Source: a virus
Taxonomy: Duplodnaviria > Caudoviricetes
Reading direction: 5' to 3' (one strand)
Length of the DNA stretch: 36,184 nucleotides
IMG/VR virus record: IMGVR_UViG_3300042484_000510
Coordinates: 1-36,184 of that record
Below are positions 23,375-33,585 of the stretch, in pieces. The translations under genes and the position numbers were made by a program. Position 1 is the first letter of the stretch. Every line of letters starts with the position of its first letter. Under the pieces are notes generated by a model, which saw only the letters and a program-made list of their open reading frames with translations, was not told the origin of the DNA and ran no database searches.

Positions 23375-23563
23375 TTAATCCCTTCCCCACCGTAGTGGGC
23401 CTGTAACGAGCCAAAGAATCATGAGGGCAACAATAGCACCGCCAATGCTGTCCTTCGTGCTCCCGTCCGGGGTCACGGCAAAGGCCACGATCATGCCAAG
23501 CCAGGTCCAAGACGAGGCGGCCGTATCAAGAATCGCGTCTACGAGTTTTCGCTTCATTACCAT
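23375..23563 (-). CDS. Small two-TM membrane protein
   Basis: [12 protein letters not shown]...[14 protein letters not shown]; start at 23563 or 23557. Confidence 0.7.
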   Translation of the reverse strand: MVMKRKLVDAILDTAASSWTWLGMIVAFAVTPDGSTKDSIGGAIVALMILWLVTGPLRWGRD

Positions 23564-24608
23564 TGCTCTTTCCGCCTCCCCCTGATGGGGTTGAACTGCC
23601 GCCCGAAGATTGGGCTGCTGCTGCTGCCGCCGTTGCCGCTGCGGCCTGGGCCACTTGCGTAATGACGATTGCAGGGACAATTGTACGCGCTGCTTCCTCT
23701 TTCTGTTCTGGGGTTAGGTCGTTGCCGAGATTTGCAAGCGCCTCAATGGCCTCGCCTACGGCTGCGGCCGGGTTGGGCAACTCAATGTCAAAGAATGGTG
23801 GAGGCGGCTCCGTTGGTGAAGGCGGAGGTTCCGTTGGTGTTGGTGGCGGCTCGGTCGGACTTGGTGGTGGCTCTGTCGGTGACGGAGGTGGCTCGGTTGG
23901 CGTTGGCGGAGTTACGACCGGTGTAGGGCTAGGCTCAGGGCTAGGAGTAGCAGAAGGGCTAGGTTCCACCGTAGGGCTTGGCGTAGGCTCGGGGGTCTGT
24001 GGTGTTGGCTCTGGCGTGGCCGTCGGTTCTGGCGTTGGTTCTGGCGTTGGTTCTGGGGTCGGCGGGGTGGGTTCATAGGTAGGCTCCTCTGTTGGTGTCG
24101 GGGTTGGCTCCGGTGTTGGCAACTCCGAGGGGATCGGAGAAGGGCTTGCTACCGGAGGGTTGGGGTCAAGAATGAGCGGGAGGTTGGCAATGAGGTCGTA
24201 ATGGCCGCCTTCAGGGAACGGCGCGTCAGGGTGGAGGCAACTGCCGTCGTAGCAGACGAACCGGCCCGCGCGCAGACGGTATACGCCTGGCTGCAAGGTG
24301 ATGCCGATGTACGAATTGTAAGACTGGCCATTCTTCCGGGGGTCGTCGTCGTTGGCCGCCAACTGGACTCCCTGGTTGTCATACAGCCACAAGACCGAAT
24401 CGGTAAACGGCGGACTGGCGCACCAGAATGCTTCGGTGTTCTCGCACAGGTCGGTCTCGGCCTCAAAGAGCGTTTCCTCGGCAACCACCACAAAGAAATC
24501 CATGGTTCGGTCAACGGTGACCAGGGATGTGGCGGACTCAGCCCGGACAGAGACCACCGACAGCATCAAGATGGCTGCGGATGCAAGCGAGAAGAGCGGC
24601 CGGCGCAT
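23526..24608 (-). CDS. Exported, membrane-anchored protein: signal peptide, PPC-like beta domain, Pro/Thr/Glu stalk, C-terminal hydrophobic segment
   Basis: [19 protein letters not shown]; [15 protein letters not shown]...L.PGVY; PEPT/TEPPPSP repeats. Confidence 0.8.
   Translation of the reverse strand: MRRPLFSLASAAILMLSVVSVRAESATSLVTVDRTMDFFVVVAEETLFEAETDLCENTEAFWCASPPFTDSVLWLYDNQGVQLAANDDDPRKNGQSYNSYIGITLQPGVYRLRAGRFVCYDGSCLHPDAPFPEGGHYDLIANLPLILDPNPPVASPSPIPSELPTPEPTPTPTEEPTYEPTPPTPEPTPEPTPEPTATPEPTPQTPEPTPSPTVEPSPSATPSPEPSPTPVVTPPTPTEPPPSPTEPPPSPTEPPPTPTEPPPSPTEPPPPFFDIELPNPAAAVGEAIEALANLGNDLTPEQKEEAARTIVPAIVITQVAQAAAATAAAAAAQSSGGSSTPSGGGGKSNGNEAKTRRRDS
23800..24120 (-). repeat. Coding Pro-rich tandem repeats (PEPT, TEPPPSP)
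   Basis: Degenerate 12- and 21-nt units. Confidence 0.8.
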
Positions 24609-24793
24609 TACTTGCCCTGGCTTTGTAGCCACGCCAACAGCGCGCCAATCCCCCCGATTCCGAGAAGCCCACCGAGACTTTTGAGGAGGGCTAGGCCACC
24701 CCGCATTTGGTCAATCTCGGTCTTGAGCGCGTCAATCTTGGCGGACTGAGCGTCTAACCTGCTAATAATCTGGCGTGCTTGCGATTCGGTCAT
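24608..24793 (-). CDS. Small coiled-coil plus TM protein (lysis-module type)
   Basis: [14 protein letters not shown] followed by a hydrophobic C-terminus. Confidence 0.7.
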   Translation of the reverse strand: MTESQARQIISRLDAQSAKIDALKTEIDQMRGGLALLKSLGGLLGIGGIGALLAWLQSQGK

Positions 24794-26748
24794 ACACCCT
24801 CTACTTCAGCAAGGCGAGCCTCTAGGTCTTCCACCCGCTTCCACAAAGCGGCAATAAGTGCTACGGGGTCAATTGTATCTGGTCTTCCCTCTTCATCAAC
24901 TCCGACGGCATGATCTAGCCCAGCATCCATCAACTCTTCTGCAATAAATCCAAGGCGCGTTCCGCCATTCTCGTGAGTAATTGTTGATTTGTAGTGTCGT
25001 GCGTGAACTCTGCGCGATGCTTCCAGCACTTCGTTACCCGCGTCTACAATGTCTGTCTTAAACCGAGCAGATGAGGTAATGCGATCAAGGCGGAATAGGG
25101 AGCCTGAAATAAGGGTAAAGCGAACTCCGTTGGTGGTTAGCGTGCTTGTAAGCGGCTGATCGTTGTAGAAGACTCCATTAGACACCACATCGGAGCCTGT
25201 AATGTCGCCTGTCGCAACCATAGTGCCTGTCGCCGTAATGTTTCCCGTTACATCTAGGGAGTCATTGAGGTCAAAGTTGCCGTCATGTGTAAGCCGGAAT
25301 GATCCAGACCCGCCGGGGAAGAAACTTTCGGCTACAAGGTTGGTATAGGCTGACCCGCTTGTTGTCTTAATGGCAAGGCTATCGTTGCCCGCTCCCGCGC
25401 TAAATGCTCGGATAGAGCCGCCGTTGCCACCCTTGAAGATGATTGCTCCGTCTGTGCTGGTATCCGATACGCCAATGTTGATGTCTCCGAATACACCAAG
25501 TTCCTCGCTAACACTTACGCTGCTTGAGAAGTCTGAATCGCCAGTAACGCTAATGCCGCCCGGGTCAACAAGCACTTGACCGTTGGTTGAAGTTGTGAGC
25601 AAGATGTTGCCCTGAGCAGGAGCGGTCTTGACCGTTGCTCCCGTGACCGTTGCCGATCCAGCCGTTCCAGCCGCCGTGTAGGTGAACTGTGTGGCCGTCT
25701 TAGAGAGCACCTGAAATGTTCCGTTCATGCTTGTTCCGGACGCGCCGCTGAGTCCAGCGACCGTGACCCAATACAGCACCTCAAGATCGTGCGCCGCGCT
25801 GGTTGTAATTGTCACGGTTGACGCGGCCCTGCTCGCCGCACTAATTGTTTGGCTTATACCTGCGTAACTTGCATCTAGGCCAATGCTTCCCTGCTTTGAG
25901 TAGAGCGAAACCATCGGGCTAGAGCCAACAACGCCAGCCTCGTTAGACCGGATGTTTAACTTCCCGTTGTCCATGTTGATTACCGCGTACCCGTAGCGAC
26001 CAGGGTCTTGCTGGTCGGTAATCATTTCTTGAATTGAGCCGTGGTCAATGCGAATTTCGTGCAAATCTACGGTCCACTCGCTTGTTGTAAGCGTGTCTAC
26101 CGTTACCCCCACGGCAACGCGGATAAACGCTGCATCGGTTGGGATAGAGGGAGTGTAGCCCGGGTTAGCAAATAGTTCCCATGCCCATGTTGACGCGGCA
26201 ATAGTTGCAAGGGTTGAGGCTCGCGTTTGGCTTGTGCCTGTTGCTGTTGCAAGGTCGCTCTTATAAAACTGAGCCTCCAGGTTTGCTACAACCTGCGTTG
26301 TTGAACTCGTGCTCTTCCATGCTGATCGCGGCTGATAGGTAAAGGTACGGGCTACGCTTCCGGGAACTGCGACATAGCGAACCAGGCGCAAATACTGCCC
26401 AACTGCTGTGCCGACTGGAATGGTGAAGCGAATCTTTCGGCCAGAAGCAACGGTTGAGTCTTCAACAGACGCAGCAGTAATTTGCGATCCAGATACATAG
26501 TTAGACTCAAGAGAGAAATACGGAAGAGGGTTGTCTGGATCAGAGATTGCGGCATCTGGATCAGGTGGAGTTGCCTTAAAGGTTCCGTTCTGCACCATGG
26601 TGTAGATGCCGGCCGACAACGACGACCCAAGCGCGTAAGACTGACCGCCGGTTGACTGCGTTGAAATCAGCGGAGCATCGGTATCGGCAATGATGTCGCC
26701 CTTAAACGACGATAGCGCGCCGTCGCTAGACCCTAGTTCGCTAGGCAT
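24790..26748 (-). CDS. Tail fibre/spike with C-terminal intramolecular chaperone (peptidase S74-like)
   Basis: SSARFKTDI...GFIAEEL...ID...LIAALWK..EDLEARL. Confidence 0.85.
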   Translation of the reverse strand: MPSELGSSDGALSSFKGDIIADTDAPLISTQSTGGQSYALGSSLSAGIYTMVQNGTFKATPPDPDAAISDPDNPLPYFSLESNYVSGSQITAASVEDSTVASGRKIRFTIPVGTAVGQYLRLVRYVAVPGSVARTFTYQPRSAWKSTSSTTQVVANLEAQFYKSDLATATGTSQTRASTLATIAASTWAWELFANPGYTPSIPTDAAFIRVAVGVTVDTLTTSEWTVDLHEIRIDHGSIQEMITDQQDPGRYGYAVINMDNGKLNIRSNEAGVVGSSPMVSLYSKQGSIGLDASYAGISQTISAASRAASTVTITTSAAHDLEVLYWVTVAGLSGASGTSMNGTFQVLSKTATQFTYTAAGTAGSATVTGATVKTAPAQGNILLTTSTNGQVLVDPGGISVTGDSDFSSSVSVSEELGVFGDINIGVSDTSTDGAIIFKGGNGGSIRAFSAGAGNDSLAIKTTSGSAYTNLVAESFFPGGSGSFRLTHDGNFDLNDSLDVTGNITATGTMVATGDITGSDVVSNGVFYNDQPLTSTLTTNGVRFTLISGSLFRLDRITSSARFKTDIVDAGNEVLEASRRVHARHYKSTITHENGGTRLGFIAEELMDAGLDHAVGVDEEGRPDTIDPVALIAALWKRVEDLEARLAEVEGV

Positions 26749-28421
26749 TAAGAACCAAGCCTTTCAATAAGCCCCTTGCGTCGCCAGTCGCACTCAATCT
26801 CCAGGGAAGCCTCTGTGGTTCCCTTAGCAAATGACCATGTTACCGATTCAATGCGAAGGACCTCACCTGCAATTCCTAATTGGGGGGCGCTCACCTTGAC
26901 CCATTGGTCCGGAAGTACGGCTCGGACCAGGTTGTAGGTCGTGCCGTTGTAATAGTAACCCTGGGTGTAACCAAAGTCGTGTGCCGGGTTGGCCGTTTGA
27001 CTCAGGTTTGCCCCAACGACGGTAATCCGAACGCTTCGCATGGGCTGGTAACGAATGGCCAGCATGCCGTTGCCAAACTTGTCAATAAAATTGTCTCTTG
27101 TGGCGTTATTTAGCCCCTTCACAGACGGCAAATCTATAAGGGCATCCGGGCGTGGGCCGTTTCTAGTCCCAAGGTTAGGCCCGGAGTTGCCACTTAGGTT
27201 GTATGTGCGCGTGTATGGATCAGTTGCGTCGTCAAGAGCCGAGTCAAAGTCCCCGCAACGAAGGAATGCGCGCTTAACCACCTGCTCATGGTCGTACTGG
27301 ACCTGGATTCCGGTTGCCGCAATCTTGGTTGTCGTTGTGCCGCTACTTCCGGTTGGATTAACCTGCGATGCGTTAGTCACAATTTCAAAGGGGGCCGTCG
27401 CCTGTGCCGGAGCCGTTCTTGCGTTGTAGTTAATCCGGCCGTTTCCGTCAATCCAATACTTTCGCGCGATGGTGTCAAAGCCACCAGCGGCCTCCGACAC
27501 CGTGTCCATTGCCCCGCGAACAGTAGAGACCGGCAACACCGTGACCTCAGAAGAAATGTTTACCCCTGTGTACCCTGGGTATAGCGCCCTAACTGCGGTC
27601 TTCCCGGAACCAGAAATGGGAGAAGTGTTGATGATCCGTCGCGTTGCAGCGTCGCTACGAAGGTCCACATAGTAAAGCAACTCGTTAATGGTGGCTTTAT
27701 CGCTTGCGCGCGCGGCCGTACTTAAGGTAATGGTCCCAACGGCTTGCCGGCTTGTGCCAATCTTTCCTTTGCGAACCAGAACCTTGTCCATCCAGTTAAC
27801 TGGGTCGGCCCCGGTTACTTGAACTTCAATGCCTAGCGCGCGCATGCGTGCCTGAACATTAGTGACATAGCCTAGGAGCACCGGCTCTGTTGCGTTGTAG
27901 CGCGTGTCGTAGAAACGGATAGGGGCCATGTCTGCCATGGCCAGGAACCAGGGGACAATGGCAACTGATCCGCCGCTGGTATACGCGCCTGTGGCCGCGT
28001 TGGTTACCGTGAATTGCGTGGATGACGCGCTTGCAACGGTTGCCTTAGTCAAGTTGTAAACAGATGGAGTTACTCCAGTAATACTGACCACCGAGCCAAC
28101 TGACAACTTGTTTGCGGCCGTGTAGGTCACAGTTCCGGCCGCTGCGGACACATTAGTGATGGTGTAAGTCGTACTCACATCTGGCTGGGTAATAGTAAAT
28201 GTCATGCTTGAACCGCTTCCAGAGCCGGAAGAGGTAATGGAGAATGACTCAAGGGAAACTCTCGGGAGGCTTTGCTGCTCTCCGGTTGGCAAAGCAATGA
28301 GATCGCGGGCAGTACCTAGGCCGTTAGCGCCAGGAAGCGGCCCTGGCGTTCCGGCCACATACGGGTCTACAACTCCAGCGCCCACTACGCCCTCAACAAA
28401 GAGAAGATACGGAACTGGCAT
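26748..28421 (-). CDS. Minor tail/hub protein
   Basis: Follows the tape measure gene; beta-rich; YWIDGNGRINY; inserted Ser/Thr-rich module. Confidence 0.7.
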   Translation of the reverse strand: MPVPYLLFVEGVVGAGVVDPYVAGTPGPLPGANGLGTARDLIALPTGEQQSLPRVSLESFSITSSGSGSGSSMTFTITQPDVSTTYTITNVSAAAGTVTYTAANKLSVGSVVSITGVTPSVYNLTKATVASASSTQFTVTNAATGAYTSGGSVAIVPWFLAMADMAPIRFYDTRYNATEPVLLGYVTNVQARMRALGIEVQVTGADPVNWMDKVLVRKGKIGTSRQAVGTITLSTAARASDKATINELLYYVDLRSDAATRRIINTSPISGSGKTAVRALYPGYTGVNISSEVTVLPVSTVRGAMDTVSEAAGGFDTIARKYWIDGNGRINYNARTAPAQATAPFEIVTNASQVNPTGSSGTTTTKIAATGIQVQYDHEQVVKRAFLRCGDFDSALDDATDPYTRTYNLSGNSGPNLGTRNGPRPDALIDLPSVKGLNNATRDNFIDKFGNGMLAIRYQPMRSVRITVVGANLSQTANPAHDFGYTQGYYYNGTTYNLVRAVLPDQWVKVSAPQLGIAGEVLRIESVTWSFAKGTTEASLEIECDWRRKGLIERLGS

Positions 28422-31027
28422 TAGGTATTAACCCTTGGTCCACCGCCGGTTGGAGTGTTCCTGGTGACAACCTTGGTAATCATGTCGTCAAGCGGCTTAT
28501 CGTTCAGGACAATGGTGACTTGCGGAGCCTGGCCGCCGTTGAGGGCTGAGTTGGAGTAATACTGGGCAACCGCGTTGCCGACATACTTTCCGTCCTTGTA
28601 TTTGCCCGCTTCGTACTGGTCGTAAGTGTATTGCTGCGTTCCTGTCGGTCCTGTCGTCGTGCCAATGCCGTCAACTGCCTCGCCAATTGCCCCACCGATC
28701 TTCTCACCAATGATTCCACCGATCATTCCTCCGAGCAGCGGACCGGCAACTGGAATCCACGAGAGAAGCCCTGCGCCAATTGCTGTTCCGGCCGCGCTTC
28801 CTACGCCCTTACCAATAGCCTGGCCAACTCCGTTGCCCTCAGCAAGCGCGTTGGCTCCAGCCAGGATGCCACCGACAAGGGGAACTCCGGCCCCAAGCGC
28901 CTTGAAGCCGGTAGATGCCACCCTTCCTACTGCGCCCAAGCCCTTACCCGCAATGCCAATACCCTTACCGACCGCTCCAACGCCAGTACCAACAGCGCGC
29001 GCTCCCCCAATGGCTGCTTGGCCAACTCCGCTAGACGCAATTCGCCCACCGACATTTGTAATGCCGCCCATAACCGTTGAACCGGCGCTTCTAACTCCGC
29101 CAATGGCCGATGCCCCAATTCCCTTGATGCCGCTCGCAAGGGTTGAAATACCTGTCCTCTGCGCCACCATAGACCCGACAGAGCCAACTGCACCAGCAAC
29201 GCGAGCCAGTCTGCCGAACTGGCTGGAGCCGGTGACTGCGCTCTTCCAATTGCTAAACCCTTGGGAGATTCTGGCAAATCTTCCGGCCGGCTTGCTCATT
29301 CCCGGAGGAACCGGAGGACCCTGCATTGCGCCCATGCCCATACCAGCACCGCCCATTCCGGGCATGCCCCCACCAACAACTGATGCCGCGTTGAGGTACA
29401 CGGTGTTAGCACTCATGGTCATGGCCCCGACTCCGCCCATGCCCATTGCCGCACCGGCAACTCCGGCCGCCGCTCCGCCGCCCTTTGGCCGCAGGAATGA
29501 AGGGATTAACGCACCACCAAGTCGCCCCAAGATGCCCGGCTTACCACCGCCGGCGCTTGGCATTGTTGGCATTCCCTTGCCACCGCCTCCACCGCCGCGC
29601 ATTCCGGCGAAGAAACTCAACGCCTGGAGCGTACCGGCCCCACCCGCAAAGAGTCCAAGTGTGTCCATGGCCGATGTTCCAGCGTCTGCTGTTCCGGCCA
29701 TGTAGCCGCCGAGTCCAAGTGATGCAAGCATGCCAAGCCCAGGAATCTTTCCAAAGATTAACTTGGCCAAAGCCGCCCCACCAACTGCTGCAACTGCGGC
29801 CGTCTGCGCTCCCTGACGGTTAATGCCAACGCCGGCAGAGTCAAGAGCGCCGCCGATAAGGGGGATTCCGCCAAGGCTGATGTTTTTGCTTGGCGTGGCG
29901 TTTGATGTGGGCGTAAATGCAGGGTTAGAGTTTCCAAACTGATTGAATGTATCCGTGAGGACTGTGGGGGTAACTGTGTTCCCTGTAACTGCCGTAATAA
30001 CCTTGTTAACTGTGTCTAGCACCGTACCAAGAAGCCCGCCCAGGCCGGCAACTGCCCTACCAAGGGGACCCTCGCCGTTCTCGCCCCACACCGCTCTTGC
30101 CATCTTAAGGAACCCCTCAACAAGACCGCCAGGGCCGGCAATCTTTGCAATGATTGGGTCAACCGCTGCTAGGAACTTAGGAATGTTCTTGGTAATGAAG
30201 TCGGCAACTCCGGTAACGATTGGCTTGAGTTGCGGAAGAATGTCCTTGTTTAGCGTCTGGGCAATCTTCAGCGCAATGGGGAGAAAGGCCGCACCAAACT
30301 CTTGCTTCAAGTCCTTTACGGTGTCCCCAAACATCTTGAACTGCTTTTCAACGCCCTCGGCAGACTTGGCCGCAGTACCGCCGTATCGTTCCATAATGCT
30401 GTTCAAGACTTCCTGCCCGGTCATGACAGTCTTAACTTCCTTGGTTACATTCTTGTACGACGCGCCCCACTTCTTGTTGGCAACCAGGACCCGAGTGGTG
30501 ACCTTCTCGGTCTTGGTGGTCTGGATTCCCAACTTGGCCAGGGACTTTCCTTGCCCGATGTACGCGCGCGAGACAATTGTTGAGGCTTTGCTAAGGCTAA
30601 TGTTCTGCGCCGCAGCAATCTCCATTGCGGCATTCTGGATAGCAATGGCCTCTGCCGTGCTCTTGGAGAACGGGATAATGGCTGCAAGGCTGGACTTAAT
30701 CTCGTCCCCTGAGAAGGCCAACTTCTTTCCGGCGGCTACTTGCTTCTCAATGGCAATTGTGCTTTCTGCGGTTGCCAACTTCCGACTCTTGAGTACACCA
30801 ATCAGGCGCTTGTTAATCTTCTCCTCTTCCATCGCCGCCTTTGTTGCGTCGGTAATAAACTTTGTTGCGGCCCCGATGGCAATTCCGGCTGCAACGAAGG
30901 CAACCTTTAGGCCCATACCGGCGCGCTGGGACGCGCCCTTGAGTCCGCCTAGGTCTCGGGATACATCTTTGATGGCACGGCTGGCATTGTTCTGCGCCGT
31001 GATCTGAAAGTTCATCTGTTCAGACAT
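28421..31027 (-). CDS. Tape measure protein
   Basis: 868 aa; ITAQNNAS start; Ala/Gly-rich helical; located after the chaperone and gp10-like genes. Confidence 0.85.
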   Translation of the reverse strand: MSEQMNFQITAQNNASRAIKDVSRDLGGLKGASQRAGMGLKVAFVAAGIAIGAATKFITDATKAAMEEEKINKRLIGVLKSRKLATAESTIAIEKQVAAGKKLAFSGDEIKSSLAAIIPFSKSTAEAIAIQNAAMEIAAAQNISLSKASTIVSRAYIGQGKSLAKLGIQTTKTEKVTTRVLVANKKWGASYKNVTKEVKTVMTGQEVLNSIMERYGGTAAKSAEGVEKQFKMFGDTVKDLKQEFGAAFLPIALKIAQTLNKDILPQLKPIVTGVADFITKNIPKFLAAVDPIIAKIAGPGGLVEGFLKMARAVWGENGEGPLGRAVAGLGGLLGTVLDTVNKVITAVTGNTVTPTVLTDTFNQFGNSNPAFTPTSNATPSKNISLGGIPLIGGALDSAGVGINRQGAQTAAVAAVGGAALAKLIFGKIPGLGMLASLGLGGYMAGTADAGTSAMDTLGLFAGGAGTLQALSFFAGMRGGGGGGKGMPTMPSAGGGKPGILGRLGGALIPSFLRPKGGGAAAGVAGAAMGMGGVGAMTMSANTVYLNAASVVGGGMPGMGGAGMGMGAMQGPPVPPGMSKPAGRFARISQGFSNWKSAVTGSSQFGRLARVAGAVGSVGSMVAQRTGISTLASGIKGIGASAIGGVRSAGSTVMGGITNVGGRIASSGVGQAAIGGARAVGTGVGAVGKGIGIAGKGLGAVGRVASTGFKALGAGVPLVGGILAGANALAEGNGVGQAIGKGVGSAAGTAIGAGLLSWIPVAGPLLGGMIGGIIGEKIGGAIGEAVDGIGTTTGPTGTQQYTYDQYEAGKYKDGKYVGNAVAQYYSNSALNGGQAPQVTIVLNDKPLDDMITKVVTRNTPTGGGPRVNT

Positions 31028-31030
31028 GTC

Positions 31031-31777
31031 TTACCCCATCATCCCGACTCGCTTGGCGTATGCCGCCTGGGAGCGAATCAACTTCTTGTCACCCTTCGCC
31101 GTCAATGGTACTGCCCCAACAATAGATGCGGCCGCCTTGTCGTTGATGAGCGCCGTCAGCGTGCCTTTGACCACATCCATAACATCGTTCCGGTGGTCCT
31201 TAGCGGTTTCTCGGACGAACGGCCGGGATGGTAGGGCAGTCCGCTCGTATGTCTGGAGTAGCCCCAGGGCCTCTAGGCGCTGGTTGTATACGACAGCCCT
31301 TCGCTTCTTTGTAATGTTGTTAAAAGTCATTCCCATGCGCTTGTCCTGGGCTTTCCAGCGCGCGCGTAGGTCCGCGCGCGCGGAGATAGCCCCGCGCTTA
31401 GACCAGGTAGTGCCGGTTCCGGAAACAACCGCCCGGCCGTAGTACGCGCCGGACTCATCCTTGCGGTTACGGCCCGGGTAGATGCCAACAATGGCCGACG
31501 GCTTCTTGTACTTACCAACTCGGGAGACAATAGAGTCGCGAAGGCGACCCGGATGCGGGTCGTTGCTTGCTGAAGAGCCAACCGGGGCTGCGGCCTCCAT
31601 GAACGGCTCTAGGTACATAGCCCCCTCTAGGGCCGCATAGCCAATGAACTGCTGCATGGACTGTTCGTCAAACCCGGCGGCAATCTGGAGTCGCAATCGG
31701 TCAATCGTCCCGAGTACATCGTCCTCAATGCTCAGGGAGACGGACTTGTTCTTGTTGCCAAATAGGCTAAATACCAC
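31031..31777 (-). CDS. HK97 gp10-like neck/tail-completion protein
   Basis: APVG...GRLRDSI...Y...V..GT...RPFV pattern. Confidence 0.65.
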   Translation of the reverse strand: MVFSLFGNKNKSVSLSIEDDVLGTIDRLRLQIAAGFDEQSMQQFIGYAALEGAMYLEPFMEAAAPVGSSASNDPHPGRLRDSIVSRVGKYKKPSAIVGIYPGRNRKDESGAYYGRAVVSGTGTTWSKRGAISARADLRARWKAQDKRMGMTFNNITKKRRAVVYNQRLEALGLLQTYERTALPSRPFVRETAKDHRNDVMDVVKGTLTALINDKAAASIVGAVPLTAKGDKKLIRSQAAYAKRVGMMG

Positions 31778-31979
31778 GCTTGTTCCCCTTTGGTTGAGGC
31801 TTGGGTTGCATCTCCCTAAGGATAGCGTATGTCGCCATCACATCGGACACATCCTCTTGCGCCAACTTCCAGGGTGCGATGCCGAACTCTTTCCCAACAA
31901 TGTGCAGGATCAGTTCGGCTGGTGGGACAGCGGAGTGGCCAACGCTAAGGCGGGCCGCCGCCGTCCTCACATAGGGGGG
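31767..31979 (-). CDS. Tail assembly chaperone, -1 frameshift extension (gpGT-like)
   Basis: Open -1 frame entered at C CCC CCT; FGIAPWKL motif. Confidence 0.7.
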   Translation of the reverse strand, partial: PPYVRTAAARLSVGHSAVPPAELILHIVGKEFGIAPWKLAQEDVSDVMATYAILREMQPKPQPKGNKRGI

Positions 31980-32317
31980 ACGCTGCTTACCGCTTCTCCC
32001 CACAGTTCCATGAGCATCGTCAAGGCTTCAATTGGAGCGTCTAGAACATCGTCGTAGTGCGCGCCGGTTTCTGGGTCCGTAAAGTTGTGGCTCTTCACCA
32101 ACTTGGCAACCGTACCCAACTGCTTGTCAAAGACTGGGGACTGAAGGTCAATCAACACGCGCGCCGGGACTCGGCGGACCTGCATGATGGCTTTCCAGCC
32201 CTCAAAGGGAGCGCGCAACGCGATCTCTTTGGTAATTGGTACGGCAACCGGGGCCACCGGTGCAATTTCTACGATTGGCTCTGGCGCGGCCGCTACTGGA
32301 GTTGCTTCGTCAGTCAT
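31967..32317 (-). CDS. Tail assembly chaperone (gpG-like)
   Basis: Directly after the tail tube gene; slippery site just before the stop. Confidence 0.75.
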   Translation of the reverse strand: MTDEATPVAAAPEPIVEIAPVAPVAVPITKEIALRAPFEGWKAIMQVRRVPARVLIDLQSPVFDKQLGTVAKLVKSHNFTDPETGAHYDDVLDAPIEALTMLMELWGEAVSSVPPM

Positions 32318-32337
32318 TATGCCCTCCTATCTACTAT

Positions 32338-33360
32338 TTACGGCGCTGTTGACAGGCCGTTCTTCAACTCAACGAGCAGGGTCTTGGATGTCGCAACATC
32401 CGTAACCAACTGCCCCTGCACGGTGACGGTTGTGAGGCCGTCCTCTGCATTCGCAATGGGTGTCACTTCTGTCGGAATGAAAGCCAGGCAGATGTTCGCG
32501 CTGCGAAGTGCCGTTGTTGCCAAGCCGTTGCTCCACTCAAGGCGCAGGTACTTGGTCGTTGCGGCCTGGTATGCGTCGTAGAGTTCCGTGATCGCAGCAG
32601 CGTTGGCCGATACAGTCATGGAGACCTGGCCGGTGAACGGCTCGGACTCTGCGTGGGTTGACATTGTGAGCGTGCCGTTCTGGTACGCCTGTCGGGCGTT
32701 GCCCGGGGTAATGTCAAGTGACCAGTCAAGAAGGTACGAGTACGCCGTCCCCTCTGAAACCGTTGGGAACGAGGTGTGGAAGTACGGCTTCCAGAGTCGG
32801 CCCGGCATGTAAGTAACTGCCGACTGCACGGTGTCTGCAAGCGTTGTGCTGTCCTTTGCAAGCGTCTGGGCAAAGAACTCCGCGCGCGCGGTCGTGAGGC
32901 CGTTACGGTCTGCCGAGATGCTCAGGCTGGTCAACATGGTGTAGTTAGTGACAAAGTTCTGTACGCCGTCAGTCATGACGATGGAGTACGACTTTGGCGT
33001 GTTGCTGGCCGTCATGCTGATGTCGTAGGTCCAGGTGTATGGGTTTGCCGCGCCTACTGGCGAGACTGCCTTAATGCCCTGGAGGTAGAACACCCAGTCT
33101 TCAAGCGACAGGCTTGGAGCGTCCAGGCTGATGGTTGGCTCCTTGGATACGACAACTGGAGTGGACGACAGGATTGGGTTGCGGAGCGCAACTGCTCGGT
33201 CCTGGCCCAACTCAATGTTGGTTCCTGGGTTGATGATGCCGGTAGGGGAGGTAACGAGACGACGGCCACCCGAGGTCAGGGTTGGGATCGTGCCGTAGGT
33301 GGTCTCACCGAAAGCAACTGCCTTGGTGAATAGGATGTTACCTGCGGTTGATACTGGCAT
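32338..33360 (-). CDS. Major tail (tube) protein
   Basis: ETTYGT N-terminal motif; Thr/Ser-rich beta protein; position in the tail module. Confidence 0.8.
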   Translation of the reverse strand: MPVSTAGNILFTKAVAFGETTYGTIPTLTSGGRRLVTSPTGIINPGTNIELGQDRAVALRNPILSSTPVVVSKEPTISLDAPSLSLEDWVFYLQGIKAVSPVGAANPYTWTYDISMTASNTPKSYSIVMTDGVQNFVTNYTMLTSLSISADRNGLTTARAEFFAQTLAKDSTTLADTVQSAVTYMPGRLWKPYFHTSFPTVSEGTAYSYLLDWSLDITPGNARQAYQNGTLTMSTHAESEPFTGQVSMTVSANAAAITELYDAYQAATTKYLRLEWSNGLATTALRSANICLAFIPTEVTPIANAEDGLTTVTVQGQLVTDVATSKTLLVELKNGLSTAP

Positions 33361-33363
33361 GTT

Positions 33364-33585
33364 TTACTCCTCTACTTCCGAAGCGGCCTTGATAACTCGC
33401 GGCGCTTCGGTTGCCACGAACTCCTTGATTAGCCCAGCCTTCAGGTACGGAGCAGCATACACCCGATCAACTTCGGATGCAGTTCCGTCGGCCTTAACGC
33501 CGGGGATAAAGTTGCCATCGGCAAGGGGCTTTACCAGCACCACCGTGATCGTTGCGCTCTCAGTAATCTCAGGCTTGGTAGTCAA
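33364..33585 (-). CDS. Small hypothetical virion-module protein
   Basis: Fills the gap between tail terminator and tail tube genes. Confidence 0.6.
   Translation of the reverse strand: MTTKPEITESATITVVLVKPLADGNFIPGVKADGTASEVDRVYAAPYLKAGLIKEFVATEAPRVIKAASEVEE

Noticed and set aside
24790-26748. Diversity-generating retroelement target in the tail fibre
   Set aside because: No reverse transcriptase and no template/variable repeat pair seen
28626-31007. Long plus-strand ORFs (28626-29705, 29943-31007; likewise 8326-9123 and 19068-19901)
   Set aside because: Antisense shadows of well-supported minus-strand genes, with low-complexity translations and no motifs
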